Positions 39,144 through 51,589 of a stretch of 64,000 bases of DNA are shown here, in pieces. The notes under the pieces are model-generated. The model worked only from the letters and a program-made list of their open reading frames with translations, ran no database searches and was not told where the DNA came from. The stretch comes from Macrostomum hystrix. Taxonomy: Eukaryota; Animalia; Platyhelminthes. The DNA is taken from the NCBI GenBank assembly GCA_950097015.1, contig CATNEN010000008.1:682001-746000 (forward strand). Reading direction: 5' to 3'. Position 1 is the first letter of the stretch, and each line of letters opens with the position of its first letter. A program made the translations under genes and the position numbers.

Positions 39144-39852
39144 ACAATCAGATTGGACAGGTGAGACTGGGAGCTGGGGAATATTGGACAGGTGAGATTA
39201 GGGAGCTTGGGAATATTTAACAGGTGAGACTTGGGAGTTGGAGAATATTGGACAGGATGAAGGATACTGAGTGGGAACTTGTCCTCACACCTGATTCCCT
39301 AAACGCAGACTCCTTTACAAAAGTGCATCAGCTCCGTTAGCGCCAGTATAAAAATGTATTGAGAAACAAGAAAATATCCGAACAAGATATTTTAAGGCAA
39401 GACAGAGAGAGAGAAAGACTCGAATCCCACAGAGGTAAAGGAAAAGATTGTCTGTCATGCAGGTGTGGAGCTAGTTGAGTTGGGTAGGCAATACAAGAGA
39501 AGTCGAATATAGCTCGTTTATCTTATCAACCGCACCTGTGTGGTATGTGTGTGTGTGCCCCATCCCGCCATATGGCCTCGCCACCTGAATGACTGAGTGC
39601 CGACCCTGCTAGCTATTCCTACCCCTCCGGCTGTCCTAATTGGTTGAGCCGTTGCTCAGCTGCTCAACCTCAGAAGGGCCGAGCGAGAGAAAAAAAATCG
39701 AGAATCTACGAATTCATTTTGATTTTTTGCGACATTTGACTCGCCACATGCTCGATGTGGAGATTTTCAACATAAAAAAGCAACTCTTGAGTCTATATAT
39801 TTTCGCCTCATCAATCATGCTGCATCAAGCTTGACACTCCGCATTGACGATT

Positions 39853-39871
39853 ATGAGACACGTCCTGCTGA

Positions 39872-39902
<31 letters not shown>

Positions 39903-40654
39903 CCCCACCGCTGAATCTGTTCAAAACCGTTCCAACGTTAGCACACCGGAGGCAACCATTTTTCTTCTGGCGCCAAAGTTTGAACCGCTTCGCGAGCTGG
40001 TGAGTCCACTGGAGCTGCTCAGCGCTACTCTAGACATTGCTCTGGACAGCGCTCTGGTTCGATCTGTGCCGGCGCAGCTGACAGCCGAGTCCAACGAGCT
40101 CGGCTGCGACTTCAAGGAGTCCATGGAGAGCATTATCGAGCTGCGGTGTCGTCAGCGAATCAGCGACAACAGAGCTCGCCTGCTTGTGGGGCCTCTCTGC
40201 TCCTACGCCGTCAACAATCTGTTCCTGTGGTTTAAGTCCCAGTCGGACGTCACCGTGACTGCCGGGGCCAGCTCCGTGGGATTCAACGAAAGGCAATACT
40301 CGGACCTCATCCGGATTGGGGCCACCTCCGATCAGGACTCGAACGCCTTCTTGGCCATTTTCAAAGCGCTGTCACCTTCCAAAGGTCGATGGAGACAGGC
40401 ATTTTACATATTCGAAGGCATGTCAAGGACACTGTCTGAGAAGTCCGACAAGCGACACGACGCTTGGTACTATGTAGACAATATCCAGTGCAAAAACCTC
40501 AACAGCGCGCTGAGACAGGCTCTGCGAAACGGCTACGGGTACAAGTGGTTCGACCTGAAGCCAAACGTTAACGAGGACCATCCGCAAACAGAGGAAGAGA
40601 AGAGAGGCCTCATTAATAGCACTCTATTGAATCGGGTGGGAAGTGACCATGCCG
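39853..40654 (+). CDS. Receptor guanylyl cyclase variable cassette B (single exon: signal peptide + ectodomain N-terminal part)
   Basis: MRHVLLMLLLLLQLLLL signal; TIFLLAP, LGCD, LLVGPLCSYA, VTAGASS, LIRIG, WRQAFYIF, IQCKNL motifs; donor G|gtgagt at 40655 (phase 1). Confidence 0.9.
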
Positions 40655-40789
40655 GTGAGTGTAGGGCTCCGTTATTGTCAAGAACCTGTCATTGCTTGAT
40701 GAGCTGAGTACAGTCAAACATGGATGACCACAATGATATTGAAACAATATGGATTCCTGATATTTTTCGCTCAAAAGTGAGGCTCACCT

Positions 40790-41395
40790 CCCTGAGAATC
40801 TTAAGATTGGTGTCCCTTAAGAATCGTGAGATTGATTTCCTTGAGAATCGTGAGATTGACCTCACCCGAGAATCGTGAGATTGACCCGAGAATCGTGAGA
40901 TTGACCTACATGAGAATCGTGAGATTGACCTACCTGAGAATCGTGAGATTGACCTACCTGAGAATCGTGAGATTGACCTACCTCAGAATCGTGAGATTGA
41001 CCTACCTGAGAATCGTGAGATTGATCTCTCTAAGAATCGTGAGATTGTTCACCCTGAGAATCGTGAGATTGATCACCCTGAGAATCGTGAGATTGATCAC
41101 CCTGAGAATCGTGAGATTGATCACCCTGAGAATCAATCCGTGTGATTAATGTCCTTGAGCATCGTGAGATTGATGTCCTTGAGAATCGTTAGATTGATGT
41201 CCTTGAGAATCGTTTGATTGATTTCCCTGAGAATCGTTAGATTGATGTCCCTGAGAATCGTTAGATTGATGTCCTTGAGAATCGTTAGATTGATGTCCTT
41301 GAGAATCGTTAGATTGATGTCCTTGAGAATCGTTAGATTGATATCCTTGAGAATCGTTTGATTGATTTCCCTGAGAATCTACCCAAGAGTCCTGA
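40790..41395. repeat. 24-bp minisatellite (ctgagaatcgt[g/t]agattga....)n
   Basis: Tandem repetition. Confidence 0.92.
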
Positions 41396-42049
41396 GTTTA
41401 AATTCGCTGCTCATAGAAAGTCTTGGAGGAGAATAAATACATTTTTGTACTTTAATTCCTAAAAGTTTCATGAAGCGAACTCATGACTGAATCTGAGATC
41501 AGGCTCTGGATGCAAAATTCACAAAATCTTATCGTATCCCATTTTGTTTCTCAAACATTTAGTTTTGAAAAGAAGAATACAATAGACTCTATCATCAATG
41601 ATCGATTTTTCCAGCCTGGCTTCCTTAACTTTTAGCAACTACAACGAGTCCAATAATCTTTTAACACCCTACTGGATTATCCGAGCTGCAATTTTATGTT
41701 TACAATTTCTCCTTCTTTTTTAGCTTAGGCAAAGAAAATTGGGAAAAAAACTTTTTTAGTAAGAAGTTTTCAGTTTTTCCCTTATCTTTAAAAGTTGCTA
41801 ATCTGTCTTTCTCCAAATTTTCTTACTATCGATACTAGTAGTATGTATTGCATTTTCCTGGGCTGCATTCTTCACTTGCAAAACTATAGCGATAATCTGG
41901 GAGCTATATGTGAGTTTGTGCTTGTGTGTGCATGTTCTCAACAATGATTCTCATCAGTGTGTTAAATATTATATTTTGGTTCTCTAACTCTATAAATCTA
42001 TCGATAACTTTGGACTCTAGATCTCACTGTGGGTTTCTCCGTGTTCATA

Positions 42050-43245
42050 TTCGCATTGACACCCTCTACTGACACCCGCTGATGTCATTTTATGACGAAC
42101 GCTGAATCCTCTTCTGACACCTGCTAACATCTTCTTCTGACACCTACTGACATACTCTTCTGACACCCACTGAATCCTTTTCTGACAACCCTGACATCAT
42201 CTTCTGACATCCTCTTCTGACACCCACTGACATCAGCTTCTGACACCCACTGAATCCTCTTCTGACACCCCTGACATCATCTTCTGACATCCTCTTCTGA
42301 CATCCTCTTCTGACATCCTCTTCTGACACCCACTGACATCAGCTTCTGGCACCTACTGATATCCTCTTCTGACATCCTCTTCTGACATCCTCTTCTGACA
42401 CCCACTGACATCAGCTTCTGGCACCTACTGATATCCTCTTCTGACATCCTCTTCTGACATCCTCTTCTGACACCCACTGACATCAGCTTCTGACACCTAC
42501 TGACATCCTCTTCTGACACCCACTGACATCAGCTTCTGGCACCTACTGATATCCTCTTCTGACATCTACTGACATCCTCTTTTGACACCCACTGACATCC
42601 TCTTTTGACACCCACTGACATCCTCTTCTGACACCTACTGACATCCTCTTTTGACACCCACTGACATCCTCTTTTGACACCCACTGACATCCTCTTTTGA
42701 CACCCACTGATATCCTCTTCTGACACCTACTGACATCCTCTTCTGACACCTACTGACATCCTCTTCTGACACCCCTGACATCCTCTTCTGACACCTACCG
42801 ACATCCTCTTTTGACACCCACTGACATCCTCTTCTGACACCTACTGACATCCTCTTTTGACACCCACTGACATCCTCTTCTGACACCCACTGACATCAGC
42901 TTCTGGCACCTACTGATATCCTCTTCTGACACCTACTGACATCCTCTTCTGACACCCACTGACATCAGCTTCTGGCACCTACTGATATCCTCTTCTGACA
43001 CCTACTGACATCCTCTTTTGACACCCACTGACATCCTCTTTTGACACCCACTGACATCCTCTTCTGACACCTACTGACATCCTCTTCTGACACCTACTGA
43101 CATCCTCTTCTGACACCTACTGACATCCTCTTCTGACACCTACTGACATCCTCTTCTGACACCTACTGACATCCTATTTTGACACCTACCGACATCCTCT
43201 TCTGACACCTACCGACATCCTCTTCTGACACCCTCTTCTGGCACC
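42050..43245. repeat. Compound minisatellite built from ctgacatcctctt / ctgacac(c)ta modules
   Basis: Tandem repetition. Confidence 0.92.
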
Positions 43246-43974
43246 AGCCGAGATGTCTACTGACAACTTGTTTGGAAAAATTGGCTTAGACTCTATACTG
43301 CCACTGCCGCTGACCAACGAACATTTGGCACGTGACTTCGCTGACTTCGCTGATTATATTCTTGAAGCATTGGATTTCTGTCTCTTGTTCAATAGATGAC
43401 ATTGTGGGCTTCTTTTACCCGCCCTTCCCACAAATTATCGGTCAGATCCCATTCGCACTCGAAAAGCCCTACTAAAGGTTTAACATTTTAAGGAGTATTT
43501 TTACCTCGTGTTTAAAAAAAATAATTCATAACTATTTGCCCGCACACGCTGTGCCGTGGCCTGCGAATCTAAAAGTGAGGTCTTCCCTCTCAAACCCTCT
43601 GCTCAAATATTTCCTTTTCTATAAGTCACGGGGAACGGAATTCTAGAACTAGTGCAGGGGATTGTGTTTGGCCAAACGAGTCCCAGTCTCCTCTATGCTT
43701 CATCATTCTGTCTAAACCCTATCCCTGGCAAGCAGTGCAAGCAGGAAGGACTCAAGCTGGACCAGTTGATGCTAGAAGCACCTCTTATCTTTGGACTGTG
43801 CCATCTCATATCTCAGCTAGCGAATTCACCAGTACTCAGACATACTGGCCTCATGCCGTCCGCTATAGTGCTTTGATTACACTTCTCTGCTCCTCTGACA
43901 ATTCCCAACTGTCCCTTTGTCAACTGCTCTATCAACCGTTAGTTAGATACACTTCCCTTCTTACATTGTTCCCC

Positions 43975-44690
43975 CCCTGCTATCTTCCTCCCCTCTGCTA
44001 TCTTCCTCCCCCTCTGCTATCTTCCTCCCCCTCTGCTATCTTCCTCCCCTCTGCTATCTTCCTTCCCCCTGCTGTCTTCCTCCCCTCTGCTATCTTCCTT
44101 CCCCCTGCTGTCTTCCTCCCCCTCTGCTATCTTCCTCCCCCTCTGCTATCTTCCTCCCCCTCTGCTATCTTCCTCCCCCTCTGCTATCTTCCTCCCCCTG
44201 CTATCTTCCTCCCCTCTGCTATCTTCCTCCCCTCTGCTATCTTCCTTCCCCCTGCTGTCTTCCTCCCCTCTGCTATCTTCCTCCCCTCTGCTATCTTCCT
44301 CCCCTCTGCTATCTTCCTCCCCCCTGCTATCTTCCTCCCCCCTGCTATCTTCCTCCCCTCTGCTATCTTCCTCCCCTCTGCTATCTTCCTCCCCCTCTGC
44401 TATCTTCCTCCCCCCTGCTATCTTCCTCCCCTCTGCTATCTTCCTCCCCTCTGCTATCTTCCTCCCCTCTGCTATCTTCCTCCCCTCTGCTATCTTCCTC
44501 CCCCTCTTTTCCTCCCCTCTGCTATCTTCCTCCCCTCTGCTATCTTCCTCCCCTCTGCTATCTTCCTCCCCCTCTTTTCCTCCCCCTCTGCTATCTTCCT
44601 CCCCTCTGCTATCTTCCTCCCCCTCTTTTCCTCCCCCTCTGCTATCTTCATCCCCCTCTTTTCCTCCCCCTCTGCTATCTTCCTTCCCCT
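43975..44690. repeat. 18-19-bp pyrimidine minisatellite (tgctatcttcctcccctc)n
   Basis: Tandem repetition. Confidence 0.93.
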
Positions 44691-45279
44691 CGGAACTGCC
44701 TCTAATCGGCAGTCGAACCCAGCCTCAGTAAACGCCAAGCCGCACGCAGATTCCCCCACCATTTGACAAGGCGCGCACTCTTGACTGAGTGAACTTACTC
44801 AGCTGGCCTCTCAAGGCAGCTCGCCAGGGCGGCGGATGCGGAACCCAGCAAGGTTTGCTCTAGGAGGAGAGGAGCATGACGACTCAAATATTGCCAGTGT
44901 CAGGGGGGTATCTTGGGTGGCAGCGGCAGTCAGTGTTTGCGCAGACTGGAGGGACAAGGGGAGGGGTCAGTGACGCCCGCACGGGGGCGCAAATCTAAAG
45001 GAAGTCACGGGGCAGCAGTCAGCTGGTGACGGACATTTCAGCCTCTCTATCTGGCCGATGAAGGCTTGGCTCTGACGGCCTACGAGAAACTGAATGTACA
45101 GTGCAGTGCAGTTTTTTCTGCTTTTGGCTTGCTTGTTGGAGAAACCAGAAGGCTGGTAGCTATCGTGTCATCGATTGAAACCTTATTCTAATTTTTGTTT
45201 GTATTCAATAAAAAAATTTTTTTGTTTTCAAAGCGCACTCTAATTTTACATCTCAATGGCAAACCACTTACTTTTACTC

Positions 45280-45530
45280 TCCTCTCCCTGCCTCTCTCCC
45301 TGTCTCCCTCCCTGCCTCTCTCCCTGCCTCTCTCCCTGCCTCTCCGCCTGTCTCGCTCCCTGCCTCTCTCCCTGTCTCCCTCCCTGCCTCTCTCCCTGTC
45401 TCCCTGCCTCTCTCCCTGTCTCCCTCCCTGTCTCTCTCCCTGTCTCTCTCCCTGTCTCTCTCCCTGTCTCCCTCCGTGCCTCTCTCCCTCTCTCTCTCTG
45501 CCTCTCTCCCTGCCTCTCCCCCTGCCTCTC
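45280..45530. repeat. 12-bp pyrimidine repeat (tctctccctg[c/t]c)n
   Basis: Tandem repetition. Confidence 0.88.
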
Positions 45531-46431
45531 TATTACTGCCCTCCCTACATCTGAAGCTGTCCAGCTACCTCTAAGAATTTCTTCCAGAGCCTTCATCCGT
45601 AATTCTGTGTCAATCCAAAGTGTATGAAACATTTTTGTAAATAACAATCCGAACAGTAAAAAATTTCGTACGCGTGGTGAAGAGAGAGACTGAGAGAGAA
45701 AGAGAGAGAGGTTGAGATAAGACTCCAGGAAAATTCACCTGTACTAATAGCTGATTCGAAACGCCGAAATATTCTGAGTTCGGGTGACCTCTCTCTCAGT
45801 CTGTCGGCCTACCGGTTCCACCACTCCGAGATAAAGAACTCCGAACAGGCGGGCGCGCGAAGCCCTCCGAGTTCTCCCTTATTCAGCGGCGGAGAGGTGG
45901 CCAAGCGTTTATTGCTCAGTTGAGTTTGCTTTAAAAAGAAAAATCGTACAGCCCGCCCCAATCCCTCTCCGGCCCAACTGATAGGCAAACGGGACCGCCT
46001 TGGCCCCAACCCCAAAGCCGAGAACAGCGCCAGGCTGATTCTATAAGAACTCCTGCCGGTTGGGGCCCAAGCTTTTTATCCTGCACCCCCAGTCAACCAG
46101 AAACACAATTAATACAATCCCACCCACTGCTAACCCACCCCAAATTGCTCAGTGTTCTCAACTACACCCGACACTTCAAGATCGCTGGAATTTAAACACA
46201 GCAAAGCCAATCAGACTAAGGAATTTACTTCCTTCGAGTCGGGAACTCATTGGCTGAGCAGAGAAGCCAGATCTCCTTACCGCCCCTAACAGTGTTTCTG
46301 TTTTCACACGCTTCATTGAAAAGTCTCAGCCGTCCTTCTTGTCTCGGCGGGAATTATTCGGCGGGAAATCCTATTCCGTAGGGTTTCTTCATTCCGAAAT
46401 CCTTGCCTCGCATCGGAACTGAACAATCGAC

Positions 46432-46441
46432 ATGCGACACT

Positions 46442-46472
<31 letters not shown>

Positions 46473-46784
46473 AGTTCAAAAGTCTGTGAGCCTGTCGGAC
46501 AGTCGTGACAGTCGGGTGACCTTTCGACTGCTCTGCCTGCTGCCACAGAACAGCCGCTACCAGTTCGATCAAAGTCTTGTGGCTCCGAGCACGGCGCTGG
46601 TTGCTGACACACTGACAAGACTTGGCTTCAACCAGCACTTCAGCCTGAACATTAGCTTTGAGAACTCCACCTGCTCAAACAAGGCCGCCCTGCCAGCCAT
46701 GGAGTATTATTACTCGGGTCAGGTGGACGGATTCGTTGGACTAGCCTGCCCCGAGAGTTGCAGCCAGATTGTACAATACTCTGG
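46432..46784 (+). CDS. Receptor guanylyl cyclase variable cassette C, exon 1
   Basis: MRHLLLLLLLLLLLV signal; RLLCLLPQNSRYQF, ENSTCS, VDGFVGLACPESC motifs; donor GG|gtgagt at 46785 (phase 2). Confidence 0.9.
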
Positions 46785-46984
46785 GTGAGTAGCTATGATG
46801 AAACTGAATCTCTATTTAATAGTTCTCAAATAGCTAGTTCTCAAGAAACACTTTCAATTTCTTGTCAAACGCGTAGAAGTGCTCGATAAAATCTGACAGC
46901 AAAATTTTTGTTGAGATTAACAAAATCGAATATAATATAGTGGTTTTTTAATCTATTGACAAATATAGTGGGATTTACAATCAG

Positions 46985-47180
46985 GGTAGACTTTGCAATG
47001 ATCAATTTTCGGTGCACATTCAGCCATAGAGTGGGGATGTACATTCGGGGTAGACTTTGCAATCATCAATCATGGGTGCACTTTCAGCCATAGAGTGGGG
47101 ATGTACATTCGGGGTAGACTTTGCAATCATCAATCATGGGTGCACTTTCAGCCATAGAGTGGGGATGTACATTCGAGGTA
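46985..47180. repeat. ~64-bp repeat, about three copies
   Basis: cagccatagagtggggatgtacattcg and gggtagactttgcaat recur. Confidence 0.8.
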
Positions 47181-47994
47181 GAGAGTGTAAACGGTGAGTC
47201 ATCCGAGTGTACACCTCAGATGCGAGGATTAGCTATATAATGAGTTATCAAAAGTATGTTACAGGGCTTGCGAAGTTTGACTTAACTAAAAGGTATAATA
47301 TATAAAAAAATGCACTTTAGTTGCAGACTTTCATGATTTAATTATTATAGCTAATGTTATTAACTAACAGTGCTTGTAGTACTTTCAAATAACAGTTGAA
47401 ACGCGGTCGTGGTTAATGCAGCTAGTGGGTCGCCTTTTAAATAAAATTGAAAACATACGTATCCAAGCTAATTGGCAGTCTGGCAGTATCTCATTCCCTC
47501 ACAATCTACTTAACACACTAGCCTATTTACTTCACAGGAAAGTAGCTTGTATCATTTAAGAAACTTTATTGTTGTATGGCTCGTAGTTAGTTTAGTGAAA
47601 ATGGTGCAAAAATTTATTAAACTCTGCCTCAAAATGAGCCGAGTTAGGGTCGCGTACTACATTAAGTGAAAATCCGAAAAGAAATTAATTTTCTGAATTA
47701 TAAACTTCATATAGTGTGCACCTTAGCAGTCCTGCTTGAATTTCACGATTGAGAATTCAAGATCTCATGATTTAGCGCCACGTATTTAGTAATTTTATTT
47801 ACTTTGCGTGCTCAATTGTTGAGCACAGAATAGACAGGCAAGTTTAATTTTCACAACTAGCAGAGTTCCTTTTATAGGAAACAGAAAACAGATCATTGGA
47901 GGCTATAATGACAGATAGACAGGGGGCAGTATGAATTAGACAGTAATGAATTTTACAATTCAGTAACCAATCCTTGAACTGAGTCCTTGAATCC

Positions 47995-47996
<2 letters not shown>

Positions 47997-48027
<31 letters not shown>

Positions 48028-48045
48028 GGTTAGTTAGTTAGTTAT

Positions 48046-48129
<84 letters not shown>

Positions 48130-48175
48130 CTAGCTAGCTAGCTAGCTAGTTAGTTAGTTAGTTAGTTAGTTAGTT
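47997..48175. repeat. (TAGT)n/(TAGC)n microsatellite
   Basis: Direct observation. Confidence 0.95.
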
Positions 48176-48257
48176 TATAATGAGCTCATTAACTTTCTAC
48201 TGTCAGTAGTATATGCCATAGAATTTAAAGCACATAAGAACATTTCCCAAATACCAG

Positions 48258-48613
48258 GGAGCGCTGGAACAAGCCCGTGGTGAGCATAGGCGCAGTCGAG
48301 ACTGGTTTCCGAGACAGCAGCAAGATCCAGTACAGGCACAACATATTCGTTAGGGTAAGCTTCGACAGCGGCCAGCTCATGAGCTCGATCCTGCAGTCAA
48401 TTTTCCTGTCCAACGGTTGGAGAAATTTCTTCGGCATGTTCACCTGGAGCCACGGCTACGCAAAGGAGGCGTGCGGCCTGCTAATGAACGACCTGAGCAA
48501 GATAAGACAGAGGATGAATATGAAGGCCGACTTCTTTGACACCTGGAATCGGACATTCACCCGGGAGGAGATTGCTAGCGCGTTTAGGAAAAAGATTGCC
48601 ACAGTCTACTCTG
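48258..48613 (+). CDS. Receptor guanylyl cyclase variable cassette C, exon 2
   Basis: ataccag|G GAG CGC TGG: ERWNKPVVSIGA...FVRVS...NGWRNFFGMF...EACGLL; donor G|gtaagg at 48614 (phase 1). Confidence 0.9.
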
Positions 48614-48714
48614 GTAAGGCTTCGTCAGCCTCTAACGTCAGGCTGGAAACAAAAGTGCAACACGACATGTCAGAGCAGCTCGACTTTCTGAAACTCCCAA
48701 CTGCCTTTAGGTCT

Positions 48715-49150
48715 AAATTCTTATCTACCTCCCAAACTACCGTCTTATCTACTCTCCAACCTACCTTCTTATCTACTCTCCGACCTACCTTCTTATCTAC
48801 TCTCCAACCTAGCTTCTTATCTACTCTCCAATCTACCTTCTTATCTACTCTCCGACCTAGCTTCTTATCTACTCTCCAACCTAGCTTCTTATCTACTCTC
48901 CAACCTAGCTTCTTATCTACTCTCCAACCTACCTTCTTATCTACTCTCCAACCTAGCTTCTTATCTACTCTCCAACCTAGCTTCTTATCTACTCTCCAAC
49001 CTAGCTTCTTATCTACTCTCCGACCTAGCTTCTTATCTACTCTCCAACCTAGCTTCTTATCTACTCTCCAACCTAGCTTCTTATCTACTCTCCAACCTAG
49101 CTTCTTATCTACTCTCCAATCTACCTTCGTATCTACCTTCCCACCTAACT
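48715..49150. repeat. 24-bp minisatellite (ttcttatctactctccaacctagc)n
   Basis: Tandem repetition (LSTLQPSF when read through). Confidence 0.93.
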
Positions 49151-49158
49151 TCCAAGGA

Positions 49159-49190
49159 GGGGGTGAGTGGCAGAGCGGTTAATGCGTTTG
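49159..49190 (+). mobile_element. 5' head fragment of SINE family 1
   Basis: gggggtgagtggcagagcggttaatgcgtttg versus gggggctgaatggcagagcggttaacgcgtttg at 8627. Confidence 0.6.
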
Positions 49191-49876
49191 ATGCGCAATT
49201 GCCCGCGGCCCTATTGCAGTTATTATCATTGTTATAACCTACCTTATAATTTCCCTTCCACTGTACATTTCAAAGTTTAAGGGGTCGATTTTAAACGAAA
49301 ATCAAATTCGCAGATAAAAGAAACAAACTTTACTAAACACTGTAATAACAGTAGTACTTAGACACTCAAGTAAAAAACTTTGTCTCAGATAAAAAAATGA
49401 CATCAATCGCTTGTAAGAGTTTTCAAAATAATCTTTCTTATTAAATTGCATCTAAGCAATGCTTCTTAATATTCATCTAGATAAGCACATTTACTAATCT
49501 ACCCTAGCAACAAAAAACACGGGATTCCACAAAACACCAGAGCTAGCTGCTCTTAATCATGCGGCACCCAGCAACTCAGGGCCAGGCGGAGGGTGGGTGC
49601 AAATGGCGACTTAATTAATGGCATAAATAGAACCCAGTGTGTTCCAAGGCATTCTTTGCAAAAACCTGGGGGTGGTAGTATGAGTGCGGGCTATGGGCCC
49701 AGTTTTTTTTCTGCGGAGTCGCTTCGCCTCGCTTGCTCACTGCTCACATTACTATATAGGAAATATTTGTGCATATTTCACTCGGGCATTCCACTTTTAT
49801 TAGATTGGTCATTGCGAGCTGTCAGGCCAAGGGTGACACTGGAGGATTTTGAGTGGGGAAGAGGAATGACTCTAGC

Positions 49877-49909
<33 letters not shown>

Positions 49910-50089
49910 TGCTTTATCTGGCTTCACTTCGTCCAGCGCGAGTCTCATTTGTCTCCAAGGCTAACGCGTCGCATAATTTTCATCCATCTGCGTCCCAAAT
50001 TTTTAATATTTCAACTTCATTAATGCTCCAAAACTCAATGTATCTATCTAGATCCTCAGCCTACAGCCTCTCATTCTGCCACTTTTTCT

Positions 50090-50530
50090 GCCCCATGCTT
50101 CTCCCCATATCCTTCTCCCCTATCTTTCTGCCCGATCATTCAACCCTGTCCTTCTCCCCTATCCATCCCCCTATCTGTCTCTCCCCTATGCTTCTCCCCC
50201 TCTCATTCTCCCCTGTCATACTCCCTTATCCTTCTCCCCCAACCCTTCTCCCCAATTCCTCTCCCCTATCCTTCTCCCCTTATCATTCTCCCCTATCACT
50301 CTCCCCTATCATTCTCCCCTATCATTCTCCCCTGTCCTTCTCCCCTATCATTCTCCCCTATCATTCTCCCCTGTCCTTCTCCCCTATCATTTTCATATAT
50401 CCTTCTCCCCTATCATTCTCCCCTTATCCTTCTTCCCAATCATTCTCCCCTGTCCTTCTCCCCTATCATTTTCATCTATCCTTCTCCCCTATCCTTCTCC
50501 CTATCATTCTCCCTATCATTATCCCCTTAC
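50090..50530. repeat. Degenerate ~13-bp pyrimidine repeat (ttctcccctatca)n
   Basis: Tandem repetition. Confidence 0.85.
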
Positions 50531-50872
50531 TCTCCTTCAACTTTTTTCCAGTTTTTTTTCCAGACAGCGCCGGGCTTCTGTTGTGTAGAAAATGATTGGT
50601 CCACGCATTAGCCAATCGCAGACCAGCATGACTCGATTTCATATTCTACTCTTTCAAATATAAATCTTTATACTCTGCTGACAAATCTAAGCTAAAACTC
50701 TGGGCTCTAAGATAGCAGGGATAGCCAAATATTCTGAATTCATTCTAATGAAATCAGATGGCTAAGAATTTTGCATAGCAGTTTAATCTTGAAAAAAAAC
50801 TCCTAAATACTGACTGACCCGGAATGGAAGTTGAGCAGTGAGGTGCAGTTGCAGAATCTGCGGGAAGTGGGA

Positions 50873-51176
50873 ATGTGCCATCGTCAGGTGGTGCCGCAGC
50901 AGCTGCTGCTACTGCTGCTGCTGGTCGGCTTCAGCGCCCAAGGCGCAGATCGCACGCTGAAGATCTCTGTTCTGCTGCCGGAATCTCGGCACAATATCTC
51001 CCAGATGAGTCTGGAGCGCGTTCTCCCCGTAGTGGACGTTGCTGTGGCGACCGCGAAAGCCTCCGGCCTGCTCTCCGGCGTCACTGTGCGGTTGCTTAGC
51101 AACGACAGCGAGTGCGACTACTCGGTGGCGCCGGTGATTGGCATGCTGATGCTGAAAGAGGTCGACCTCATGCTGG
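50873..51176 (+). CDS. Receptor guanylyl cyclase variable cassette D, exon 1
   Basis: MCHRQVVPQQLLLLLLLVGFSAQG signal; LKISVLLP, SLERVLPVVDVAV, NDSECDYSVAP, VDLMLG; donor G|gtgagt at 51177 (phase 1). Confidence 0.92.
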
Positions 51177-51248
51177 GTGAGTTTGAAGCTGCTGATGATC
51201 TGCATATACCTACTTTGCTTTTTGTGCTAGATGTTGAAGACCCAGGGA

Positions 51249-51589
51249 TGTGAGACTTCAGGGAAGTTGTGAAACTTCAGGGAAGTTGTGAAACTTCAGG
51301 GAAGTTGTGAAACTTCAGGGAAGTTGTGAAACTTCAGGGAAGTTGTGAGACTTCAGTGAAGTTGTGAAAATTCAGGGAAGTCGTGAAACTTCAGGGAAGT
51401 TGTGAGACTTCAGGGAAGTTGTGAAAATTCAGGGAAGTTGTGAAACTTCAGGGAAGTTGTGAGACTTCAGGGAAGTTGTGAAACTTCAGGGAAGTTGTGA
51501 GACTTCAGGGAAGTTGTGAAACTTCAGGGAAGTTGTGTGACTTCAGGGAAGTTGTGAAACTTCAGGGAAGTTGTGAAACTTCAGGGAAG
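51249..51589. repeat. 19-bp minisatellite (gttgtgaaacttcagggaa)n
   Basis: Tandem repetition; reverse complement of the 53681-55812 array. Confidence 0.93.

Noticed and set aside
43735-43900. YLWTVPSH as a retrotransposon RNase H motif
   Set aside because: Lacks the following GNE.AD motif and any RT context.
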